The notes below the pieces were generated by a model. That model saw only the letters and a list, made by a program, of their open reading frames with translations, had not been told where the DNA came from and did not search any database. Shown here piece by piece: positions 9,481 through 17,130 of a DNA stretch of 64,000 nucleotides (position 1 is the stretch's first letter; each line of letters opens with the position of its first letter). Source of the DNA: an uncultured Dorea sp. (GTDB lineage Bacteria; Bacillota; Clostridia; Lachnospirales; Lachnospiraceae); the NCBI GenBank assembly GCA_910588745.1, contig CAJURK010000003.1, positions 11,660 through 75,659 on the forward strand, in the 5' to 3' direction. The translations under genes were made by a program, and so were the position numbers.

Positions 9481-9514
9481 TACAAAAGGTTCGGACAACG
9501 CCGAACCTTTTGTA
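9481..9514 (-). terminator. Intrinsic terminator after the ChW-M23 gene
   Basis: Perfect 14 bp stem TACAAAAGGTTCGG / CCGAACCTTTTGTA with a 6 nt loop. The stem is U-rich at its 3' side in both orientations. Lies 46 nt downstream of the stop at 9560. Confidence 0.8.
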
Positions 9515-9559
9515 TATGTAATCACAAGAACATAATAAACTGTCTGACATCCAGAACTT

Positions 9560-11683
9560 CTACAGATACCATCTGGGATCCACTGGCACTTCGTTTACCC
9601 ACACTTCAAAATGCAAGTGTGGGCCTGAAGAAATTCCAGTGCTTCCTACTTCTGCTATCTTTGCTCCTACAAATACCGTATCTCCCTGCTTAACAACAAT
9701 TTTACTGCAGTGCTGGTATACTGTTGCAAGTCCGTTTCCATGATCTAAGATCACATAGTTCCCTCTTGCTCCGTTATAATCAACCTTCCTGACAGTTCCT
9801 GATGTTGCCGCAAGAATCGGCGTTCCGTAATACGCTGCATAATCGCGTCCTTTATGGTTTGTAGACGCGCCAGCTAACGGCGCGTCCCTGCCGCCGAATT
9901 CACTGCTGATATAGGAAGCGTCCGGACAGGGATTGGAAAGAATCCCGGCTCCTGATTCTCCAATATATGGACTTCCGTTTATATCAGGTCCTTTTTCCGT
10001 TTTGGCTACAATCTTTACCTGAATCGCTTTAACCGCCTTATCAGAATCCCTGGTTCCGGCAAAATTCCCATCCATGGTCCAGCCCAGCCAGCCGCGGCTT
10101 TCTATGTAAGTCCGATAATATACATTGTAAAATTTGCCGAGTGTATCCGTCAACTGAATCTGTATCGCTTCTAAGTACTTTCCTTCCTCCGGAAGACCCG
10201 CAAGCGCGCCCTGGCTTGTCCAGTCTGTCCAGTTGCCGCCTTCGCTGCTCGCCCGGTACTGAATTTCTCCCAAAGGAAGTTCCCTATTATTCGGATTCAA
10301 CGTGATTCCAAACGCAGACAATACCGGTTTATCCTCAGGGTTACCCAGAACTGCTCCGTTTCCTTCCGCCTGAATCTCTTTATCCGTATCGGTTCCCTGT
10401 GAACCGTCCCCTATACTTGTATTCTCCGAACTTCCGATCTGGGTTCTTCCATGCAGAATAAGATCCGAATCGGAAAACGGAACAAAATATGCCTGTCCCG
10501 ACATATCCGGCGCATCCAGCGCATTCTTATCCGCCAGCTTAATCTCAATTGCTTCCAGCCGTTTCGCAAATCCTTCCGTTCCGGCAGCTCCTCCATTTTT
10601 TGCCCAACCCATCCAGCCCATGGTCTGGCAATGTACCCGGTAATATACGTCGTAATGCTCTGCCAGCGGTCCTGTCAGACGGATGCGGATTGCTTCCAGA
10701 CGTTTCGCCTGGCCTGTGGTTCCGCTTACGGCTCCGTCTGCCGCCCACTCCTGCCAGCCGTAACTCTGTACATGGGTCTGGTACTCGATTCCGCCTTCGT
10801 AACCCAAATCGCTGGTATCATACAAATTAATCCGAATTCCTTCCAAGCGCTTTCCCTGTCCGGACGTTCCGCTTACAGCTCCATCTGATACCTGAGTCTG
10901 CCAGCCAAAACTTTGCACATGGGTCTGATATTGAATCTGGGGCGCATAATACGCCTTTTCCTGAGAACCTTCCGTACGCTCGGGCGGCGCCGCGCCTTTT
11001 TCTACCAAAACAATTACAATACTCTCCAGACGCTTGGCAAACGAAGCCGTTCCTGCTTTCTCCCCGTTGCATGCCCAGTCAAGCCACCCATAACTCTGGG
11101 CGTGTACCTGATAATAAATATCATAATGTTCTTTCAATTCTCCGGTTAGACGAATCTGTATTGCCTCCAGACGTTTCGCCTTAGCAGTAGTTCCGCTTAA
11201 GGCTCCATCCGCCGCCCACTCCTGCCAACCGTAACTCTGCACATGCGTTCTATACTCAATTCCGCCTTCGTACTCCGAATCGTCCACACTAAGCTCAATC
11301 GCCTCCAGGCGCTTCGCCTCTCCTGTAGTCCCGGAAGCCTCTCCGGCATGCTTCATCTCCTGCCAGCCGTGGGTCTGTACATGAACACGATAAGATAACT
11401 CCGGCGGCGTCTTTGCTTCTGTATCCCCCGCCTCATTCTCCCGGTTGATTTCTTCAGGAACTTCCTCTTCCTGAATTTCCGGAACTTCTTCTGCTTCGTC
11501 CGCCGGCGCTTCCTCCTCCGGCATTACGAATGTATCTTCCTCCGTATCCATGGTTCCTTCTGTTCCCGCAACACTTTCTTCTGTCCCGGCAGAAACCGCC
11601 GTCTCCTCTTCTGCCTTCACCGTCACCGGAGCGCCTGCAAGAAGCGCCGCCGCAAGAAAACATGCTAATACTCTTTTCTTCAT
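9560..11683 (-). CDS. Secreted ChW-repeat protein with a C-terminal M23 (LytM-type) metallopeptidase domain
   Basis: Signal peptide MKKRVLACFLAAALLAGAPVTVKA, then an acidic linker. About 8 ChW repeats follow (YR.HVQ..GWQ...G..AGT.G.AKRLEAI.I.L). C-terminus has HKGRDYAA...GSTGISSGPHLHFEV (HxxxD and HxH). Start chosen at ATG 11681-11683 (AGGAG upstream); the track start at 11722 is also possible. Confidence 0.85.
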   Translation of the reverse strand: MKKRVLACFLAAALLAGAPVTVKAEEETAVSAGTEESVAGTEGTMDTEEDTFVMPEEEAPADEAEEVPEIQEEEVPEEINRENEAGDTEAKTPPELSYRVHVQTHGWQEMKHAGEASGTTGEAKRLEAIELSVDDSEYEGGIEYRTHVQSYGWQEWAADGALSGTTAKAKRLEAIQIRLTGELKEHYDIYYQVHAQSYGWLDWACNGEKAGTASFAKRLESIVIVLVEKGAAPPERTEGSQEKAYYAPQIQYQTHVQSFGWQTQVSDGAVSGTSGQGKRLEGIRINLYDTSDLGYEGGIEYQTHVQSYGWQEWAADGAVSGTTGQAKRLEAIRIRLTGPLAEHYDVYYRVHCQTMGWMGWAKNGGAAGTEGFAKRLEAIEIKLADKNALDAPDMSGQAYFVPFSDSDLILHGRTQIGSSENTSIGDGSQGTDTDKEIQAEGNGAVLGNPEDKPVLSAFGITLNPNNRELPLGEIQYRASSEGGNWTDWTSQGALAGLPEEGKYLEAIQIQLTDTLGKFYNVYYRTYIESRGWLGWTMDGNFAGTRDSDKAVKAIQVKIVAKTEKGPDINGSPYIGESGAGILSNPCPDASYISSEFGGRDAPLAGASTNHKGRDYAAYYGTPILAATSGTVRKVDYNGARGNYVILDHGNGLATVYQHCSKIVVKQGDTVFVGAKIAEVGSTGISSGPHLHFEVWVNEVPVDPRWYL

Positions 11684-11811
11684 CTTTTTCAGTCTCCTAT
11701 AAAAATAATTACTTCTCCGCACAGTACGTTACACATCTGCCTCCTGCAGAACCCTCTGTCTTCGCAGACCGCGCGCCGCTGCACAAAGTGTTTATTACAT
11801 AGACCATATTA

Positions 11812-13008
11812 TTATAACATAGTTGTCCCTGCAACACAAACAAAAATCCCCGCTTCCTTTGTTATGCGCAGTCCTTCTTCTGTTTTCTTCTTTACAAAAT
11901 TCCGGAATTCACTATACCGGTTCAGAAGATATTGTCCTTGATTCCCGTGGCAGGACAACACATAGGCAATCAACGGTTCCGGATCAGTAACCAACAGCGA
12001 ATCCTCATACTGCCGCCAGCCGGTCTCGGAAAAATATGGATTGAGTATCTCCGCTCCGTTTTCCATCCCGAACCGTTCATACAAACGCTTCGCGGACAAC
12101 GCGATTTTCTCGTCAAAATTCTGAACAAGCCTGCTGATCTCCTTCATATGCCCCCTTCCGTAAGTCCCGCAGATAAAGCGTCCGCCGTTCTTTAATACTC
12201 TTCTTACCTCACCGCAGACTTTTCCGATATCTTCACAGTAAAATAGCATATGATTCGCCGTTACCAGATCAAACATACCGTCTTCAAAAGGAAGTTCATG
12301 ACAGTCAAGCGCCTGAAATTCAAACCGTTTATCCTGATTCCCGATCTTACGTCTGGCATCCCTTAGCATTCCTTCCGAAATGTCCGTCAGCGTAATACTG
12401 ACTTTTTCCGGAAGCAGCCGCAGGTTCTCTTTCCAAAGCTCTCCGTCCCCGCATCCAAGTTCTAACACCCTCATCCCGGAACAAAGTTCCATCTGTTCAT
12501 AAATCCAAGGAAACCATCCCTGTTTGTTCTGGGAATACAAGCTGTGGAGCTGGATTCTGGCAGAAATATTCGACGCATCCCGATACTGATTTTTTAAACT
12601 CTTCTCCATACCGGTCAGATGGATCAGGTTCAGCATACTGCTCCAGTCAATAATCTTCTCATTTTCAATTGTTTCCGCTGTATTTTGAATCGCCTGCTCC
12701 ACAAGCTGCATCTGTTCAATACGGTCTCTGACCAGTTTTAGCTGAATATGAAGCGAATCCAGCATAAAATGATAATCCACGTCGTCAATCGTCAGTTCCC
12801 TGATATCATCCAGTGAAAAGCCAAGATATTTCAGCAGCAAAATCTGCTGAAGCTTAGCAAAATCCTCCTCCGTATAAAACCGCGCCCCCGCTTCTGTTAC
12901 AAGCGAGGGCTTTAGAATATTTTGTTTGTCATAATATCGAATCGTCCGCAGCGTCACCCCCGCCATACGGGCAAACTCACCAGACGAATAATACCCTTTC
13001 TTTTTCAT
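11812..13008 (-). CDS. MerR-family HTH regulator fused to a class I SAM-dependent methyltransferase
   Basis: N-terminal YSSGEFARMAGVTLRTIRYYDKQNILKPS is a MerR HTH. The central VLELGCGDGELW is SAM motif I, followed by DLVTANHMLFY. The ATG overlaps the upstream stop (ATGA at 13005-13008). Confidence 0.8.
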   Translation of the reverse strand: MKKKGYYSSGEFARMAGVTLRTIRYYDKQNILKPSLVTEAGARFYTEEDFAKLQQILLLKYLGFSLDDIRELTIDDVDYHFMLDSLHIQLKLVRDRIEQMQLVEQAIQNTAETIENEKIIDWSSMLNLIHLTGMEKSLKNQYRDASNISARIQLHSLYSQNKQGWFPWIYEQMELCSGMRVLELGCGDGELWKENLRLLPEKVSITLTDISEGMLRDARRKIGNQDKRFEFQALDCHELPFEDGMFDLVTANHMLFYCEDIGKVCGEVRRVLKNGGRFICGTYGRGHMKEISRLVQNFDEKIALSAKRLYERFGMENGAEILNPYFSETGWRQYEDSLLVTDPEPLIAYVLSCHGNQGQYLLNRYSEFRNFVKKKTEEGLRITKEAGIFVCVAGTTML

Positions 13009-13967
13009 TTTAGGATTTCCCCTAACTTTCTGCTGAATGTTTCCGCCTGATCCTCGTACATATGTCCCTCATAATCCGAAAATCCGCCCACAGTTCTGTC
13101 AAATCCTTCTATTTCTATTTTGTCAAAATTGTAGTACGCAATCTCCTTATCTTCCAAATATTCACGAAAATAAGTGTCCGCTCCTTCAAAGTTATCCTTA
13201 TACTTTTCCCTGGTCTCATTCGGAACGGGGGTTGTAATCACGATCAATTCAATTCCCTTCTCCTCGCAGAGACTGACAAGCTTTTCAAAATACCGAACCG
13301 ATTTTTCCTTCAGTTCCTCTTCCTTCCACACCCCCGGAACTTCTTCACATTTTGGGCGTTCCAGCCTATGAATACTTACCGTACCGCCTTCTCCATAACT
13401 CTGCAATTCACTGTCATAAAAAGAATCTTCATGATTCAGATACGCCCTGTCAAATCTGGAACAGAACATTTCCGGCGCCTTCTTCATTCCCTGCCGGTAC
13501 ACATACCAGGGAAACAGCGCCGTCCGAAAATCCTCTTTCATCATCTTCGCCGCAAAATATTCCAGCTTCACCGGCGACCAGGGCAGTTCCTCATATACAG
13601 CCGCATAATCTGGTCCCGGAGAAACTTCCGTCACCCAGTATCCCGGATCCAGCTCATAGATCACCCTCTCCGGGCTTTTCTTTCTGCACAACTCTTTGAT
13701 GATAAAATAACTGTCTATGGGATACTCCCCTCCCAGGCACAGATTAATGCTCTTCCTTCCGGTTACCTTATCTACCGTATCCGGCCGGATCCCCGCCTTC
13801 CCGTGGGAGGTTCCGATAAATACATCCTCATAATGATCCTTTCTCATATGATACACATCATTCCGGAAAAAATTATGAGGTTTCAGCGCCAGCAAAAGAA
13901 CCTTGTTGATACAGATTACCAGCAGCCAAAATAAGATTATCCGGACAATTCGTCTAAAACTGCGCAT
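13005..13967 (-). CDS. Membrane-anchored extracytoplasmic protein, DltD-like / SGNH-like partner of the MBOAT (function tentative)
   Basis: 320 aa with an N-terminal signal anchor IVRIILFWLLVICINKVLLLAL. Candidate nucleophile block FIGTSHG and a C-terminal DYEGH. Positioned as DltD is in dlt operons and overlaps the MBOAT gene by 14 nt. Confidence 0.5.
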   Translation of the reverse strand: MRSFRRIVRIILFWLLVICINKVLLLALKPHNFFRNDVYHMRKDHYEDVFIGTSHGKAGIRPDTVDKVTGRKSINLCLGGEYPIDSYFIIKELCRKKSPERVIYELDPGYWVTEVSPGPDYAAVYEELPWSPVKLEYFAAKMMKEDFRTALFPWYVYRQGMKKAPEMFCSRFDRAYLNHEDSFYDSELQSYGEGGTVSIHRLERPKCEEVPGVWKEEELKEKSVRYFEKLVSLCEEKGIELIVITTPVPNETREKYKDNFEGADTYFREYLEDKEIAYYNFDKIEIEGFDRTVGGFSDYEGHMYEDQAETFSRKLGEILK

Positions 13968-15486
13968 AAATAAAACCTCCTGTCGAATCCGGCGGCTGTC
14001 CTAACATCGGAATGGAAAAAAGCAGCAAAAGATACACCGCCCACTTAAACATCCAAGGTCTCGCCGCAAGAGCATTCTGTATACTGATTCCCTTTTCCTG
14101 CACAAAACTGACCGCAAATACTACTCCGCAGCCGACAGCCAGAATCAAAAGCGCCAGTACCGTATAAGTGGTTCCGGCCGTTCCCACATGGACTTCCAAA
14201 AGCTCCCCCAAAGAAAAGCAGGTAACCGCATTCTTCATCATTGCCAACGCCTGTGGTATCGTATCTGCACGGTCAAAAAACCAACTGATATTTACCAGCA
14301 CAAATGTCCTGATAATCTGAAATATCTTCCATCCCTTCGATCTGTCGTTCACATGACAGACGCTCTTTAACTTCTGGTAATTCTTAGCCATCAAACCGCT
14401 GAACGCAATAATCAAACCGTTATACAGACCATATACAATAAATTTCCATGCGGGGCCATGCCAGATTCCTACTGCAAAGAACACCACAAGATTCGATACG
14501 CAAATCGGCATCACCCTGCCGTAGGTTCTTCCGAATACCTTCTTACAAAATCTTTTGAACCGCCCCATCGCCCGGGAAAGCGAAAGCGGATAAAAAAGAT
14601 AGTCTTTCATCCAGGTTCCCAGCGTAATATGCCACCGATGCCAAAAGTCCGTAATCGATACGGCAAAAAAAGGCCTTTTAAAATTCTCATCCAGTTCAAT
14701 GCCAAACAGGACGGAAACTCCGATAACCACGTCCATCCCGCCGGAGAAATCCCCATATAGCTGAGCCGTATAAGCCAGTACTCCAAATAATGCAATTCCC
14801 GGATAAGACTGATATTCATCAAAAGCCGCAGCCACAAAAACTGCAGCCGTCTCCGCAACTACCAACTTCTTAAAAAATCCCCAGAGAATCCGAAGCGCTC
14901 CCTTTTCTATTCGAGCAGAATCAAACCTGTGCGGTTCATAGAACTGACGCGCCAGCCGTGAATACCGTCCGATCGGTCCCTGCAGTATCTGCGGAAAAAA
15001 TGACACGAATAATGCGAACCGGAACAAATTGCGCTCCGGTTCGCACCGTTTCCAATAAACATCCATAATATACCCGGCAGATTGAAACGTATAGAACGAT
15101 ATTCCAAGAGGCAGCAGGAAATTCTGAAAACGAAACTCTGTGTGCAGCAGCAGATTCAGATTGCCAATTGCAAAATTGGTATACTTCAGAACTGCAAGCA
15201 GCCCAAAAACAAGGAGCAGCGCCAAAACCAGCGCCCTTCTCCTGCCTTTAGCACTCATTGATTTCACTTCGCCAGCCTGGCCTTCTCCCTGGCTAACCAG
15301 CAGCGCGGCTCCATAGGTCACCAGTGTTGTATACCCTATAAAAATAAGGTACACAAGACCTGAGGACGCATAATAAACATAGCTGACCCCCAGAAGCCAT
15401 ATCCACTGGTACCGACCGGGAATCAGATAATACACAGCCAGCGCCGCAAACACAAATATCAGAAATTCCATAGAAATCAGCGACAT
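13954..15486 (-). CDS. MBOAT-family membrane O-acyltransferase (DltB/AlgI-like)
   Basis: 510 aa, polytopic. Conserved FWHRWHITLGTWMKDYLFYPL and GIWHG histidine motifs. Confidence 0.85.
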   Translation of the reverse strand: MSLISMEFLIFVFAALAVYYLIPGRYQWIWLLGVSYVYYASSGLVYLIFIGYTTLVTYGAALLVSQGEGQAGEVKSMSAKGRRRALVLALLLVFGLLAVLKYTNFAIGNLNLLLHTEFRFQNFLLPLGISFYTFQSAGYIMDVYWKRCEPERNLFRFALFVSFFPQILQGPIGRYSRLARQFYEPHRFDSARIEKGALRILWGFFKKLVVAETAAVFVAAAFDEYQSYPGIALFGVLAYTAQLYGDFSGGMDVVIGVSVLFGIELDENFKRPFFAVSITDFWHRWHITLGTWMKDYLFYPLSLSRAMGRFKRFCKKVFGRTYGRVMPICVSNLVVFFAVGIWHGPAWKFIVYGLYNGLIIAFSGLMAKNYQKLKSVCHVNDRSKGWKIFQIIRTFVLVNISWFFDRADTIPQALAMMKNAVTCFSLGELLEVHVGTAGTTYTVLALLILAVGCGVVFAVSFVQEKGISIQNALAARPWMFKWAVYLLLLFSIPMLGQPPDSTGGFIYAQF

Positions 15487-15505
15487 GATCCTTCCGCCTC
15501 TTTTC

Positions 15506-15739
15506 CTAAGATTCGCTTTTTCGTAATCTCTGAATCATCTTCCACAATGCTTCCGCCGAATTAAAATTATCCGGAATAATCTCTGCCGGAGTCAGTCTAA
15601 CCCCAAACTCTTCTTCAATCTCTCCAACAATAGAAAGAATCGCAAAAGAATCCAAAATCTCATCATCAATCAGCGACTTGCAATTCTCAAAATCTGCGTC
15701 CGGAACAATCTCCTCAAGAATTTCCATTAACTTGTCCAT
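15506..15739 (-). CDS. Acyl/aminoacyl carrier protein (DltC-like)
   Basis: MDKLMEILEEIVPD...LDSFAILSIVGEIEEEFGV, with the phosphopantetheine serine in DSF. Start set at ATG 15737-15739 (GGGGGA 7 nt upstream); the longer track ORF lacks an RBS. Confidence 0.8.
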   Translation of the reverse strand: MDKLMEILEEIVPDADFENCKSLIDDEILDSFAILSIVGEIEEEFGVRLTPAEIIPDNFNSAEALWKMIQRLRKSES

Positions 15740-15770
15740 CTTTGTATCCCCCTTAACCTTAAATATTGTA

Positions 15771-15799
15771 ATTTTAACATCCATAACCCCTGCCGTCAA
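15771..15799 (-). promoter_or_regulatory. Candidate internal sigma-A-type promoter upstream of the carrier protein gene
   Basis: Minus strand shows TTGACG (15794-15799), a 17 nt spacer, and TAAAAT (15771-15776). It lies inside the 155 nt AT-rich gap between the decarboxylase and carrier protein genes. Confidence 0.35.
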
Positions 15800-15894
15800 A
15801 CAGGATCAAACCATTTACTATTATATCTATAATCTTCCAGAAAACAATTGTGCTTATAAAAACTTAATTTTTTCTTAACATCTTTTTAATAATT

Positions 15895-17130
15895 TTACTC
15901 TTGCTCCGCCTGGTTTATTATGCATGTTCTGCGCGCCCCTCTGATCGTCTGAATTCCTTCTTTCTCCGTATAGAAAAATATCTGCGGAAGGTCGCGGCTC
16001 AAAAACAAGCTCATTCCTTCCGTTACCGAATAGGCTCCCGTCCGTTCAAATACAAGAACATCTCCGATTTCCGGCGATACAACCGGAAGCTGTTTTACAA
16101 TAACATCGCTGACTGTACACAGCGAGCCGCAGATGTTCCAGCATTCTTGTTCCTTTTGGCCATCTCTGATCTCATCTGCTCTTCTGCATCTCTGTGCAGC
16201 CTCCCCGGATTCTCCCCTGCGGATTACTGTAACGCGGGGTATTTTCATGCCCATCATCTGCCCATAATAATTCAAATGGTGGATTCCTCCGTCTGCAATA
16301 CAATAATTCTGTCCGCAGTTTACCTTTTTATCAACAATTTCAGTCAGATAATATCCGCAGTACGCCGCTATATACCGTCCCATTTCCAGCGTAATTTCTC
16401 CCCGAAACCTCATCTGTCCCAGCGTCTCGGCAAACCAGTCCAAAAGCTCCTTGTCATTCTGTTCTCTGTCGCTTGTAAAATAAGGAACTGAAAAGCCGGG
16501 ACCATATTCAAGATGCCGAATCTGAATTCCCGTTTCTTTCGCAATTCTCAGAATCAGCTCGTCCAGCAGATCAATCTCCCGCTCTATCCTGTCGCGCTTC
16601 TTTTTCTGCGTCCCGGAATAATACTGCAGCCCCTGAAGCTCCACATGAGGATACTCTTTTCTGCGGGCAAACAATTCGAGTACTTCCTCTTGATCCACTC
16701 CGAACTGATTGCCGCTGCTCACCCGAACCAGCGCCCGGATAACCAAATTCTTTTCCGCCGCGCATTCTTCAAGAATTGTCAGATGCCGAATGGATTCAAT
16801 CGTGAATGTCCCCTTCCCGTCATAAGTCCCCAACGCATACCTGATATCCTCCCGCGCTTTATTCACGCCGGAAAGCACAATCTGTTCCATCGGGATCCCT
16901 GCTTTCTCACAGATAGAAAATTCCCCCGGTGAACAGACCTCGTAACAGTCGATTGTACCCAAAATCGGCCGGATCAGGAATGGATTCGCCTTCATCGCAT
17001 AACAAATGCTTACCCGTTTCCCCATATGTTTCTGAATCATCCGTATCCGTTCGCACAGCATATCTGCATCAAACACATACGCAGGCGTCGAATATTTCTC
17101 GGCGACTCCCTTTAATACTTCATAAGTCAT
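15895..17130 (-). CDS. Fold-type III PLP-dependent decarboxylase (Orn/DAP/Arg decarboxylase family 2)
   Basis: 411 aa. TPAYVFD...ICYAMKANPF (PLP-lysine motif), a HLEYGPG-type barrel, and C-terminal GAYSVTEGMSLFLS. The ATG overlaps the upstream stop (ATGA at 17127-17130). Confidence 0.8.
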   Translation of the reverse strand: MTYEVLKGVAEKYSTPAYVFDADMLCERIRMIQKHMGKRVSICYAMKANPFLIRPILGTIDCYEVCSPGEFSICEKAGIPMEQIVLSGVNKAREDIRYALGTYDGKGTFTIESIRHLTILEECAAEKNLVIRALVRVSSGNQFGVDQEEVLELFARRKEYPHVELQGLQYYSGTQKKKRDRIEREIDLLDELILRIAKETGIQIRHLEYGPGFSVPYFTSDREQNDKELLDWFAETLGQMRFRGEITLEMGRYIAAYCGYYLTEIVDKKVNCGQNYCIADGGIHHLNYYGQMMGMKIPRVTVIRRGESGEAAQRCRRADEIRDGQKEQECWNICGSLCTVSDVIVKQLPVVSPEIGDVLVFERTGAYSVTEGMSLFLSRDLPQIFFYTEKEGIQTIRGARRTCIINQAEQE

